Origin: an uncultured Gammaproteobacteria bacterium
GTDB taxonomy: Bacteria; Patescibacteriota; Microgenomatia; Levybacterales; UBA12049
Assembly: GCA_964637955.1 (NCBI GenBank)
Contig: CAZWXQ010000001.1
Span: 292,849-356,848, forward strand
Reading direction: 5' to 3'
DNA length: 64,000 nt
Below are positions 38,636 through 47,993 of the stretch, one piece after another. The notes beneath the pieces were generated by a model. That model saw only the letters and a program-made list of their open reading frames with translations. It ran no database searches and was not told the DNA's origin. Position 1 is the first letter of the stretch; every line of letters begins with the position of its first letter. The translations under genes and the position numbers were made by a program.

Positions 38636-39396
38636 ATTACTTTTTAGCTCTTGCCTCGATTTTATTTATTTATGTAAATATATGGTTTATTATTTCAATT
38701 TTCAAAAGAAGAAATGATGTGGCTGATGAAGCATGGGGACTTGGTTTCGTTTTACTTGCTTGGGTTTCTTTAGCTTTGTCTAGTTCGTTATCATTTCAAA
38801 ATATTTTAATTAATATTTTAGTAACCATTTGGGGATTAAGATTATTTTTGCACATTCATAAAAGACACAAAAATAAGGATGAAGATTCTCGGTATGCTGC
38901 TTGGAGAAAAAGCTGGAAAAATTTTTATTTAAGGAGTTATCTTCAGGTTTTTTTACTTCAAGGTCTATTTTTATACACAGTTTCTTTACCTGTATTAATT
39001 GTAAATAAAAATCCAATCGATGATTTAAACGTTTTTATTTTAATTGGTTTGATTGTTTGGTTTATAGGATTTTATTTCGAATTTACCGCTGATAAAGAAC
39101 TTAGAAATTTTTTAAAAGTTGAAGAAAATAAAGGAAAAATTATGGATAAAGGTTTGTGGAGGTATTCCAGGCACCCGAATTATTTTGGTGAAGTGACGCA
39201 GTGGTGGGGTATTTGGATAATTTCTCTTCCCTCGATTTATGGAATTTTTGGGATAATAGGACCAATTACTATTTCAGTTTTAATTTTATTTGTTTCTGGA
39301 ATTCCTCTTCTTGAAAAGAAATATAAAGGAAGAGCAGATTTTGAAGATTATAAAAGAAGAACTAGCGTATTTTTACCATTACCACCCAAAAAATAA
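38632..39396 (+). CDS. membrane protein of the DUF1295 / isoprenylcysteine carboxyl methyltransferase / steroid 5-alpha-reductase-like family
   Basis: 254 aa polytopic; C-terminal [14 protein letters not shown] motif. Confidence 0.6.
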   Translation: MNYFLALASILFIYVNIWFIISIFKRRNDVADEAWGLGFVLLAWVSLALSSSLSFQNILINILVTIWGLRLFLHIHKRHKNKDEDSRYAAWRKSWKNFYLRSYLQVFLLQGLFLYTVSLPVLIVNKNPIDDLNVFILIGLIVWFIGFYFEFTADKELRNFLKVEENKGKIMDKGLWRYSRHPNYFGEVTQWWGIWIISLPSIYGIFGIIGPITISVLILFVSGIPLLEKKYKGRADFEDYKRRTSVFLPLPPKK

Positions 39397-39398
39397 AT

Positions 39399-40028
39399 AT
39401 GAAAAAAATTTTAATTTTAGGATCAACCGGAGATCTAGGAAAAGTTTTACTTGGTATTTGTTTGGAGAAAAATTACAGTGTAAATGTTTTAGTTAGAGAT
39501 AAGATTAAGGTTAGTTTATCAAATGAAAATTTGAAAATATTTGAGGGTCAAGTGACGAAAGGAGAAAATTTATCAGAAGCACTAAGCGGTGTAGACGTTG
39601 TAATTTCTGTTCTGGGACATGGATTTAGATCACCATATCCTATTCAGGAAAATGTAATGAAAATTTTAATTCCTCTAATGGAAAAACATAAAGTTAAAAG
39701 ACTCATTACTATAACAGGTGCAGGTCTAAAAACCTCAGAGGATCCTAACTCTTTAACTTTAGCTATTTCTGAAAGGATTTTAAACTTAGTTGATCCCTAT
39801 AGAATAAATGATGCAAGAGTACAGCAGGATTTAATTGAAAAAAGTAATTTAGACTGGACTATTGTTAGGACTCCAGTCCATGTAGATAAAGGGAATTTAA
39901 AAATTAAGCATGCAGGTTATAGGCAACCAAAACTTTGGCAAAGAATTTCTAGAATTGCCATTTCAAATTTTATGATTGAAGTTATTGAAGAGAATGAATG
40001 GATAAAAAAATCTCCAATCATTTTTTGA
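39399..40028 (+). CDS. NAD(P)H-binding (NmrA/atypical SDR) protein
   Basis: MKKILILGSTGDLGKVL Rossmann motif, 209 aa. Confidence 0.7.
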   Translation: MKKILILGSTGDLGKVLLGICLEKNYSVNVLVRDKIKVSLSNENLKIFEGQVTKGENLSEALSGVDVVISVLGHGFRSPYPIQENVMKILIPLMEKHKVKRLITITGAGLKTSEDPNSLTLAISERILNLVDPYRINDARVQQDLIEKSNLDWTIVRTPVHVDKGNLKIKHAGYRQPKLWQRISRIAISNFMIEVIEENEWIKKSPIIF

Positions 40029-40072
40029 TTTAAATCATTGATAAAATATTAAATTTAAAATATCCTTAATAT

Positions 40073-40849
40073 ATGTTAAGTAATTTAAAAGCAGTAAAAA
40101 TTTTATCATTATTTTTCTATCTAATAATGATAATTGTTAATTCAGCTGCAATAATTCTTCCAATTAATGGAATAACGACTTCGGAAATTTCGGACTCATA
40201 TCCTAATTTATTTACTCCAGCCGGTATAACTTTTTCAATTTGGAGTGTAATTTATCTTTTGCTTGGATTTTATGTTATTTATCAATTTCTAAATAAAAGT
40301 AAAGATGATGAGAAGACATTTTTGGAAATAAATAAATATCTTATAATTACTTCCATCATTAATTCTCTGTGGATATTTGCATGGCAATATAAAATTATTT
40401 GGTTAAGTTTACTTTTAATGATTGGTCTTCTCCTGTCATTAATTAAGATTTCAATTGTTATTGATTTTTCAAAAATTAAATATAAAACTAAATTAATTAC
40501 AAAGATTCCTTTCGGAATATATTTTGGTTGGATTACTATTGCGACAATAGCAAATGTTACAGTTTTTTTAGTAAGTATAGGATGGAATGGTTTTGGTATG
40601 CCCGATTATATTTGGATGATAATGGTTCTAGTCATAGGTTTAATTATTTCTTCGTTGACAACGTTAAGATTTAAAAATATTGCATATGGGTTAGTGCCTG
40701 TTTGGGCATATTTTGGAATATGGATTAAGCATACTTCTGTGAGTGGATTTAACAATAATTATCATCAAGTTATTGTTACCATTCTGTTATGTTTATTAAT
40801 TCTAATTGGAGTTAATTTATATCTTGTCTTTAAGAAAGAGGCTATTTAG
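40073..40849 (+). CDS. polytopic membrane protein, TspO/MBR-like (tentative)
   Basis: 258 aa, 7-8 TM; PNLFTPAGITFSIWSVIY resembles the TspO KPxWxPPxWVFPxxWTxLY region; Trp-rich. Confidence 0.35.
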   Translation: MLSNLKAVKILSLFFYLIMIIVNSAAIILPINGITTSEISDSYPNLFTPAGITFSIWSVIYLLLGFYVIYQFLNKSKDDEKTFLEINKYLIITSIINSLWIFAWQYKIIWLSLLLMIGLLLSLIKISIVIDFSKIKYKTKLITKIPFGIYFGWITIATIANVTVFLVSIGWNGFGMPDYIWMIMVLVIGLIISSLTTLRFKNIAYGLVPVWAYFGIWIKHTSVSGFNNNYHQVIVTILLCLLILIGVNLYLVFKKEAI

Positions 40850-41035
40850 AAATCTACAATATAAGAATTTAATTCATCTATAGAATTAATTATTTAACTA
40901 TATCCAGAATTTTATTTTTAGATATATTTGATTTAATAATATATTTGTTCGCTCCAAATTTAATATCTTGCAATTCATAGAAAATTTATTCAGAATAAAT
41001 TTACAATTTAGCCTCAGAGTAGTATAATACCAGCC

Positions 41036-41581
41036 ATGGTTGATGGGACACGAAGACACAATATAAAAGATGCCCTTTTAAGTATAGGAGGATCAGCTGT
41101 TTTAGTAGGAGCTGTAGGTCTTGTTGCTGCACCTGCCTTTACTGGTGAAAGTGGCTATGATAGAGAAGCAAGAATTATTCGAGAGTTTGGATTATTGGGT
41201 GACGTTCAGCTATTTGACATAAGAAATATACCTTTAATGGATAATGCTCCAGGTGGATTTGTGATCTATGAAAAAGAAGTTGTGACTCCAGAGCCTTTTT
41301 CTCAGACAAAAGACGTTGAAATGCTTAGATTTGCATGGACATCAGAAGGTAAAGATGTGGATCCAATTATTTCTGAAATCCCATTAGATAAAGTTGATTT
41401 TATTCCTCTAGATAATGACTTAGTAGATCCATTTATTCATTTTCATTTTGATCCCCAAGCAAGAGACAGAAAAAATCCGAATGATTACTTAGCAAACCAG
41501 CTTACTTCTGCAGAATTTTATCTAGGACCGAAAGCAGCACGTGATTTTAGAGCAGATCAAGAAATTTACAAGGCTCAGTAG
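41036..41581 (+). CDS. hypothetical membrane-anchored protein (181 aa)
   Basis: N-terminal TM (SAVLVGAVGLVAAPAF), acidic extracytoplasmic domain. Confidence 0.45.
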   Translation: MVDGTRRHNIKDALLSIGGSAVLVGAVGLVAAPAFTGESGYDREARIIREFGLLGDVQLFDIRNIPLMDNAPGGFVIYEKEVVTPEPFSQTKDVEMLRFAWTSEGKDVDPIISEIPLDKVDFIPLDNDLVDPFIHFHFDPQARDRKNPNDYLANQLTSAEFYLGPKAARDFRADQEIYKAQ

Positions 41582-41685
41582 TTATTAATTTAAGCTTCGG
41601 TCTCTTCAATAATTATTCATTTTTATTCTTCCAAAGAGTTGATCAATGTCACATAAAATCATTAGTAATTGTATATAATAAAAGT

Positions 41686-42972
41686 ATGAATATTAAAAAA
41701 ATATTTGCCTCAGAAATACTTGATAGTCGTGGAAATCCAACTGTTCAAGCTATAGTTGAACTTGAAGATTCAAGTATTGGTGTTGCCTCGGTGCCTTCTG
41801 GAGCCTCGACAGGAATTCATGAAGCAGTAGAGCTTCGAGACAACGATGAAAATAGATATAGAGGATTTGGAGTTCTCAAAGCAGTAGAAAATGTGAATAA
41901 CGAAATTTCTTCAGCTTTGGTCGGAAAAAATGCAGAAGATCAACATGAAATTGATCGCTTAATGATCGGATTGGATGGAACTGAAAATAAAGAGAGGCTT
42001 GGAGCAAATGCCATTCTTTCAGTTTCACTTGCTGTTGCCAGAGCACAGGCAAATTCAGAAAAAAAAGAACTATTCGAATACTTGGTTCGCTTTAATCCAA
42101 ATTTTTCAGGAAGTTATCTTATGCCAATTCCTGAGATGAATATCCTTAACGGCGCAAAGCACGCCGGATGGAGTACGGATTTTCAGGAATATATGGTCTT
42201 TCCTGTAAAGGCAGATTCTATAAAAGATGCGATAAGAAAAAATGCAGAAATCTATATGCATTTAAAAGATTTGCTTAATGAAAAAGAATATTCAACTTTG
42301 GTTGGTGATGAGGGCGGATTTGCTCCAAGGGTATTATCGAATGAAGAGCCATTTGAGTTAATTTCTAAAGCAATTGAAAAAGCAGGATATAAATTGGTTG
42401 AAGAAATTTGTTTCGGAATAGACGTTGCATCATCAGAATTTTTTAAAGATGGAATTTATGAGTTAAAAAAAGAAAATAGAAAGGTAAATTCGGATGAATT
42501 GTCAGATTTTTATGACAGTCTTAAAAAGAAATATCCAATTATTTCTATCGAAGACCCTTTTTCTCAAGATGACTTTGATGCGTTTTCTAGATTTAGAGAA
42601 AAGTTTGGTGATTCGCTACAGATAGTGGGAGACGACTTGTTTGTTACAAATACAAAAAGACTTGAAATGGGAATTGAAAAAAAGAGTGCAAATGCAATTC
42701 TAATAAAATTGAATCAGATTGGTACATTAACTGAAACAATTGATGCTATTCTTTTGGCAAAGAAAAATAATTTATCAACAATTATTTCCCACAGGAGCGG
42801 TGAAACAGATGATACATTTATAGCAGATTTGTGCGTTTCCATGAATGCAGGGCAAATAAAAAGTGGCGCACCTACTAGGGGCGAGAGAGTAGCAAAATAT
42901 AACAGGCTTATGGAGATTGAAAATTTGTTAAAAGATAGAGCTTTACATGCAACTTTTCCGTTTAGTAATTAA
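41686..42972 (+). CDS. eno: enolase (phosphopyruvate hydratase)
   Basis: 428 aa; canonical enolase N-terminus and active-site motifs (SHRSGETED-like SHRSGETDDT). Confidence 0.97.
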   Translation: MNIKKIFASEILDSRGNPTVQAIVELEDSSIGVASVPSGASTGIHEAVELRDNDENRYRGFGVLKAVENVNNEISSALVGKNAEDQHEIDRLMIGLDGTENKERLGANAILSVSLAVARAQANSEKKELFEYLVRFNPNFSGSYLMPIPEMNILNGAKHAGWSTDFQEYMVFPVKADSIKDAIRKNAEIYMHLKDLLNEKEYSTLVGDEGGFAPRVLSNEEPFELISKAIEKAGYKLVEEICFGIDVASSEFFKDGIYELKKENRKVNSDELSDFYDSLKKKYPIISIEDPFSQDDFDAFSRFREKFGDSLQIVGDDLFVTNTKRLEMGIEKKSANAILIKLNQIGTLTETIDAILLAKKNNLSTIISHRSGETDDTFIADLCVSMNAGQIKSGAPTRGERVAKYNRLMEIENLLKDRALHATFPFSN

Positions 42973-42999
42973 TTGAAAGATTTTCTTTATGTCTTAATA

Positions 43000-45462
43000 T
43001 TATTTTCCTAGCTTTTCTTCAAGCTCTCTGAGAGCAATTGAGGTTTTGAGAACAGTATCCGGCTGAAGACTTACAGAATCAATTCCTTCAGTAACTAAAA
43101 ACTCTGCAAAATCTTCAAAGTCTGATGGTCCTTGTCCGCAAATTCCGACCGGGAGACCCTTTTCATGGGCTCCATGGATAAGCATTTTAATAAGTTTTTT
43201 AACTGATTCGCTTCTTTCATTTCCAATATGGGCGACTAGTTTTGAATCACGATCTAGTCCCAAGGTAAGCTGGGTTAAATCATTTGATCCAATTGAAAAT
43301 CCATCAAAAATTTCAGCAAATTCTTCAAGTTCAAGAATATTTGAAGGAATTTCAGCCATAACCCAGACTCTAAGTCTTTCATCAATTTCTTCTTTTCTTG
43401 CTACTTCGCGAGCGCCGTCCACTTTATGATGTTCGAGTCCATATTTTTTCATGGTCTCAATAACTTTTCTTCCTTCTTCGGGTGTTCTACAGAAAGGAAT
43501 TAAAATTTGAAGATTATACATGCCCATTTCTTCTCTAACTTTTTTTATAGCTTTACATTCAAGTGAAAATGCTTCTTCAAAATTTGGGTCATAATATCTA
43601 CTTGTTCCCCGCCATCCTATCATAGGATTTTCTTCTTCGGGTTCAAAATATTTCCCTCCAAGAAGTCCAGCGTATTCATTTGTTTTAAAATCGCTAAATC
43701 TTAAAAGTACTTCATGAGGATAAAATGCTGCTGCAATCATACTTATTCCATAGGCAAGCTTTTCTACATAATAATCTGTTTTATTTTCATAACCATGAGT
43801 CATCTCTTCGATCTGTTTTCTCACATCTTCGTCTTTAACTTGGTCAAAATGAATGAGAGCATTTGGATGAACTTTTATAAAGTTAGTGATTACAAACTCC
43901 TCGCGAAGAAGTCCAACTCCTTTATTTGGGATAAATGAATATTTAAACACGTAGTCTGGATCTGCAACGATCATTTTTATTTTGGTTTTGGGAGGAGTGA
44001 AATCTTTTAAGTCAGTTTTCTTAATATGAAACTTTAGTAGCCCTTCGTAAACTTTTCCTCTTTCTCCTTCAGAGCAGACTACCGTAATTTCTTTTCCGGT
44101 CTCAACTTCTTTTGTGGCGTTTCCTGTACCCACAACAGCGGGGATTCCCAGTTCTCGAGAGACAATTGCTGCATGAGAAGTTCTTCCACCTGAATTAGTA
44201 ACTATTGCGCTTGCCTTTTTCATAATTGGCTCCCAATCCGGATCAGTTATTTCTGCTACTAATACTTCGCCGTCCTGAAATTCATCAAGTTGCTTAGGTT
44301 CTTTTATAAACCTTGCTTTACCATGACCTATTTTTGCTCCTACTGACGCACCTTCCACGAGAACTTTTCCATGCTCTTCAAGAATATATTCTTCAATAGA
44401 ATTTGCATCCTCCCTTGCATGAACCGTTTCAGGTCTTGCTTGTACAATGTATAATTCTTCTCCGTCATATGCCCATTCTGTATCCATAGGTTTTTCATAA
44501 TGATCTTCGATAATCATTCCCCAACGAGCCAGTTTGAGAATCTGATCATCGGTGAGGACAAATCTTTTTCTATCGTTTTCATGCACAATTAGTTCTTTTG
44601 TAGGCTTATTGCCTTCATGTGAATAAACTAACTTTTTTTCTTTGCTCCCAAGCTTTTTATTTATTAATGCATTTTTATTAAGTTTTAATGTAGGTTTAAA
44701 AACCATAAATTCATCTGGGGTTACAATTCCCTTAACTATGTATTCACCAAGTCCCCATGACCCGTTTATAAGAACAACATCTCTAAATCCACTCTCAGTA
44801 TCAAGGGTAAACATTACCCCTGAGCATCCTTTGTCGCTTCTGACCATTTTTTGAACTGCACATGAAAGCGCTATTTTGAAATGATCAAAATGTTGGTCTT
44901 GTCTATATGAAATTGCACGATTAGTGAAAAGTGAAGCAAAAGCCATTTTAATTGACTCGAGTAAGTGATGATTTCCATGAACATTTAAGTAAGATTCTTG
45001 CTGTCCGGCGAAAGACGCATTGGGTAGGTCTTCAGCGGTAGCAGAGCTTCTAACTGCAACATCAAGCTCGGATACATCAGTATTTAATTTTTCAGCCAAC
45101 TTTTTGTAAGCATCTACAATTTCTGACTCAAGTTCTTCAGGAAATTTAGCCGACATTATGAGATCTCTTACTTTTCTCCCTGTGTTTTGTAAGTTATGAA
45201 TATTGTTTGTATCAAGATCTTTTAATAAGTCATGAATTTTTGTGGTTAGTTCGTTTTTTTCAAGAAAATATCTATAAGAATATGCTGTAACTGCAAACCC
45301 GAAGGGAACTTTTATTTTTTCATGAGGAAAAATTTTATTTTCAGCAGATACTAGATTTTGATACATTTCACCAAGATTTGCATTCTTTCCTCCTACGAGC
45401 GCAACATCATCTTTTCCTATCTCATCAAACCATAATATAAATTTCTCTTCTTTGGGCAGCAT
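43000..45462 (-). CDS. ppsA: phosphoenolpyruvate synthase (pyruvate, water dikinase)
   Basis: 820 aa; phosphohistidine motif GGRTSHAAIVSRELGIPAVVG; PEP-utilising C-terminal TIM barrel with conserved Cys (ICGQ). Confidence 0.9.
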   Translation of the reverse strand: MLPKEEKFILWFDEIGKDDVALVGGKNANLGEMYQNLVSAENKIFPHEKIKVPFGFAVTAYSYRYFLEKNELTTKIHDLLKDLDTNNIHNLQNTGRKVRDLIMSAKFPEELESEIVDAYKKLAEKLNTDVSELDVAVRSSATAEDLPNASFAGQQESYLNVHGNHHLLESIKMAFASLFTNRAISYRQDQHFDHFKIALSCAVQKMVRSDKGCSGVMFTLDTESGFRDVVLINGSWGLGEYIVKGIVTPDEFMVFKPTLKLNKNALINKKLGSKEKKLVYSHEGNKPTKELIVHENDRKRFVLTDDQILKLARWGMIIEDHYEKPMDTEWAYDGEELYIVQARPETVHAREDANSIEEYILEEHGKVLVEGASVGAKIGHGKARFIKEPKQLDEFQDGEVLVAEITDPDWEPIMKKASAIVTNSGGRTSHAAIVSRELGIPAVVGTGNATKEVETGKEITVVCSEGERGKVYEGLLKFHIKKTDLKDFTPPKTKIKMIVADPDYVFKYSFIPNKGVGLLREEFVITNFIKVHPNALIHFDQVKDEDVRKQIEEMTHGYENKTDYYVEKLAYGISMIAAAFYPHEVLLRFSDFKTNEYAGLLGGKYFEPEEENPMIGWRGTSRYYDPNFEEAFSLECKAIKKVREEMGMYNLQILIPFCRTPEEGRKVIETMKKYGLEHHKVDGAREVARKEEIDERLRVWVMAEIPSNILELEEFAEIFDGFSIGSNDLTQLTLGLDRDSKLVAHIGNERSESVKKLIKMLIHGAHEKGLPVGICGQGPSDFEDFAEFLVTEGIDSVSLQPDTVLKTSIALRELEEKLGK

Positions 45463-45497
45463 ACATTTAGCATAACAAGAAATTTTTTATCGATCAA

Positions 45498-45511
45498 GTG
45501 ATTTAAATCAC
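45498..45511. promoter_or_regulatory. perfect 14-bp palindrome GTGATTTAAATCAC in ppsA promoter region
   Basis: About 36 bp upstream of the ppsA start codon (minus strand); candidate operator. Confidence 0.35.
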
Positions 45512-45606
45512 AAAAGATATTTATATTTAGCCTTGTTTTGAGATTAATATTCCAAATTTAATTAAAAGTAAATAGAAGAATTTTTAAAAGATTTAAAAGC
45601 CTGAAT

Positions 45607-46113
45607 TTATCCTAAGTATTTTTTAGCTATATTTACTATCTCATCAGGTTCTATATTTGCTTTAATAACAAATTCTTCTGCGCCACCAAGCCTTTGGGTA
45701 TCGCGGATATTATCGCTATTTCCCGAATTTGAAAGCATAACTACTGGTATGTACTTAAAAGCTGCATAAGTAGGATTATGTTTAAGTTCTGAAAGCATAG
45801 TTTTTCCATCCATAACCGGCATTCTTATATCTAGGATTATTAGTCGGGGATTTTTCTCTACAGTTTTCTTAAGTCCATCCTCTCCATTAATAGCTATGAT
45901 CGTTTCATATCCAGCTTCATTTAAAATTTGCTGATAAGCAGTTGCTATATCAGATTCATCTTCTACGATTAAAACTATTTTTTTGGCCACTGGAGGAGTA
46001 TCTTGCGTTGGCGTTTGTGAAGGCTGGGATTGCCTTTGAAATAATTTGCCAATAATTATCATATTTATGTCAAATCTATTTAATAGTATCCTACCTAGGA
46101 ATTTTAATTTCAA
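45607..46113 (-). CDS. stand-alone response-regulator receiver (CheY-like) with Q/P/T-rich N-terminal extension
   Basis: LIVEDE...D...LIILDIRMPVMDG...K receiver signature; SD AGGTAGGA upstream of the ATG at 46113 (alternative ATG at 46062). Confidence 0.75.
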   Translation of the reverse strand: MKLKFLGRILLNRFDINMIIIGKLFQRQSQPSQTPTQDTPPVAKKIVLIVEDESDIATAYQQILNEAGYETIIAINGEDGLKKTVEKNPRLIILDIRMPVMDGKTMLSELKHNPTYAAFKYIPVVMLSNSGNSDNIRDTQRLGGAEEFVIKANIEPDEIVNIAKKYLG

Positions 46114-46183
46114 GTAAATGAAATATAAATATTAAATTAGCTGATTCTTGACAAAATATATGTTATTTGTCACATTTTAATTA

Positions 46184-47278
46184 ATGCCAAAATCTAAAAA
46201 AGTTAAAAATCTTTCTTACCTCAAAATTGCAATAATTGCATTTCTGCTCTTATTTCTTCCGCTTTCTGTCTATGGTGTTAAGAATAGGACAGTCACAGAT
46301 TCGCATGCAAGTCAAATCTCATCGCCTTTAAATTCATATTCATTATCATTTACTCCAATACAAAACTTCTATCCTACAAGATCTGACAGTAGTCAGTATG
46401 TTTATGCAGCGCTATGGAAAGATAGTGATGGGAATAATGTAAAGCAATTTTCTAATCTTAATGCACAGTGGAAATTTGATCCAAGTTATTATTCAATTAA
46501 AAATACACATACAGAATATCATGATAATTGTCCTATTGTTAGGGCTGGATCACGTCCTTGCATCGTATTTATAGTTGAAGTAATCCCACAAAAAGCCGGT
46601 AATACAAGTATGCAATTAAACTTGACAGATAATCAAGGCGGAGAGGTGTGGAATGCAGAGCCGGCAACAATAGTTGATAATAGTGTTAATGCGCCAACTC
46701 AAAATCCAAACAATACAGGTATATCTACTTATTCACTCTCATTTGAGTCTGATCCAATTAAAAAGTGGTGGCCGATTGCTTCAAATCAATATGAAGATAT
46801 AACTGCAGCATTATGGAAAGATAGTGATGGTGCAAATGTAAGTAAATTTACAAATCTCCAGACTGAATGGCAATTTGATCCTAAGTATATTTCTGTTGCA
46901 TGGACTTCTAGTAAATATTTTGACACTTGTCCGGTTCCTACTGCCGGTGGAAGACCATGCATTTACTTTTATGCTTCAGTTCAGCCACAAATGCCAGGAA
47001 ATACAAATGTTCAGCTAAAAGTTAAAGATGGGAGCGGAGAAGAAGCCTGGAATGCTTATCCGTTAATAATTGAAAATATAAGTGATAATCCAAATCCTAC
47101 CATTAATCCAACTTCGGTTCCTGTCCCTGAAGGAAGTAATTATAAAAATCTTGAACAGAAGGTTAATTTACTCGAGCAACAACTTCAAGAACAAAATGTT
47201 AAAATTGATAACACTCAAAATACTTTGGATAAAATTTTAAGCTTCTTAAAAAAAATTTTTAGATTCTCGCCTCAATAA
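46184..47278 (+). CDS. secreted protein with two tandem ~110-aa paralogous domains and C-terminal coiled coil
   Basis: Signal/TM (IAIIAFLLLFLPLSVYG); repeat 1 YVYAALWKDSDGNNVKQF...CPIVRAGSRPCIVF; repeat 2 ITAALWKDSDGANVSKF...CPVPTAGGRPCIYF. Confidence 0.55.
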   Translation: MPKSKKVKNLSYLKIAIIAFLLLFLPLSVYGVKNRTVTDSHASQISSPLNSYSLSFTPIQNFYPTRSDSSQYVYAALWKDSDGNNVKQFSNLNAQWKFDPSYYSIKNTHTEYHDNCPIVRAGSRPCIVFIVEVIPQKAGNTSMQLNLTDNQGGEVWNAEPATIVDNSVNAPTQNPNNTGISTYSLSFESDPIKKWWPIASNQYEDITAALWKDSDGANVSKFTNLQTEWQFDPKYISVAWTSSKYFDTCPVPTAGGRPCIYFYASVQPQMPGNTNVQLKVKDGSGEEAWNAYPLIIENISDNPNPTINPTSVPVPEGSNYKNLEQKVNLLEQQLQEQNVKIDNTQNTLDKILSFLKKIFRFSPQ

Positions 47279-47324
47279 TTATATTTATCGAAACATAAAG
47301 ATTTAAATATTATAGAATTGAATT

Positions 47325-47993
47325 GTGTTTTATTTATTTATCTTCATAAGTGAATTCTTAATTCTTCTTTTTCTTTCTAGAATACTAAGTAGATCGATTT
47401 CTGCAGCTATTTATAAAATTACAAATAATGCTTATGGTTCTCTGAGGATTTTTCATTTTATCTTTTTGCCAGGAGTTATAGTTCACGAGTTGGCGCATTT
47501 AATAAGCGCAGAAGTTATGTTTGTAAAAACCCATGGACTTAGTTTGACACCAGTTAGAAATGGTGATCAGCTCACTATGGGAAGTGTCCAAATTGAAAAG
47601 ACAGATCCTATAAGGCGTGCGATAATAGGATTTGCTCCGGTTTTGGTAGGAATTGTTTTAATTGGAGCCGCGACTTTTTATCTTCTTTCAGATAAATCAC
47701 CTTTTGGTGACATTATAAATTATTTCCTTATTTTCATAATAGTTTTCGAAATTGGAAATACTATGTTTTCAAGCAGGAGAGACATTGAAGGCACCGTGGA
47801 GCTTTTAATAGTTTCTGTTTTAGTCATTGGATTACTTTTTGTTTTAGGAATAAGTTTTCAGCCTGTAATTGATTTTATAAACTCATCAAGTGTTCAATCC
47901 ATTTTGCTAAACGGAATTAAACTCCTTTGGATTCCAATTGCTGCAGATATTGTTATTATTTTACTTACTAAGTTTCTTGTACTCAGAAAATAA
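47325..47993 (+). CDS. polytopic membrane protein with HExxH motif (putative intramembrane metallopeptidase-like)
   Basis: FLPGVIVHELAHLISAEV within a predicted TM helix; 222 aa. Confidence 0.35.
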   Translation: MFYLFIFISEFLILLFLSRILSRSISAAIYKITNNAYGSLRIFHFIFLPGVIVHELAHLISAEVMFVKTHGLSLTPVRNGDQLTMGSVQIEKTDPIRRAIIGFAPVLVGIVLIGAATFYLLSDKSPFGDIINYFLIFIIVFEIGNTMFSSRRDIEGTVELLIVSVLVIGLLFVLGISFQPVIDFINSSSVQSILLNGIKLLWIPIAADIVIILLTKFLVLRK

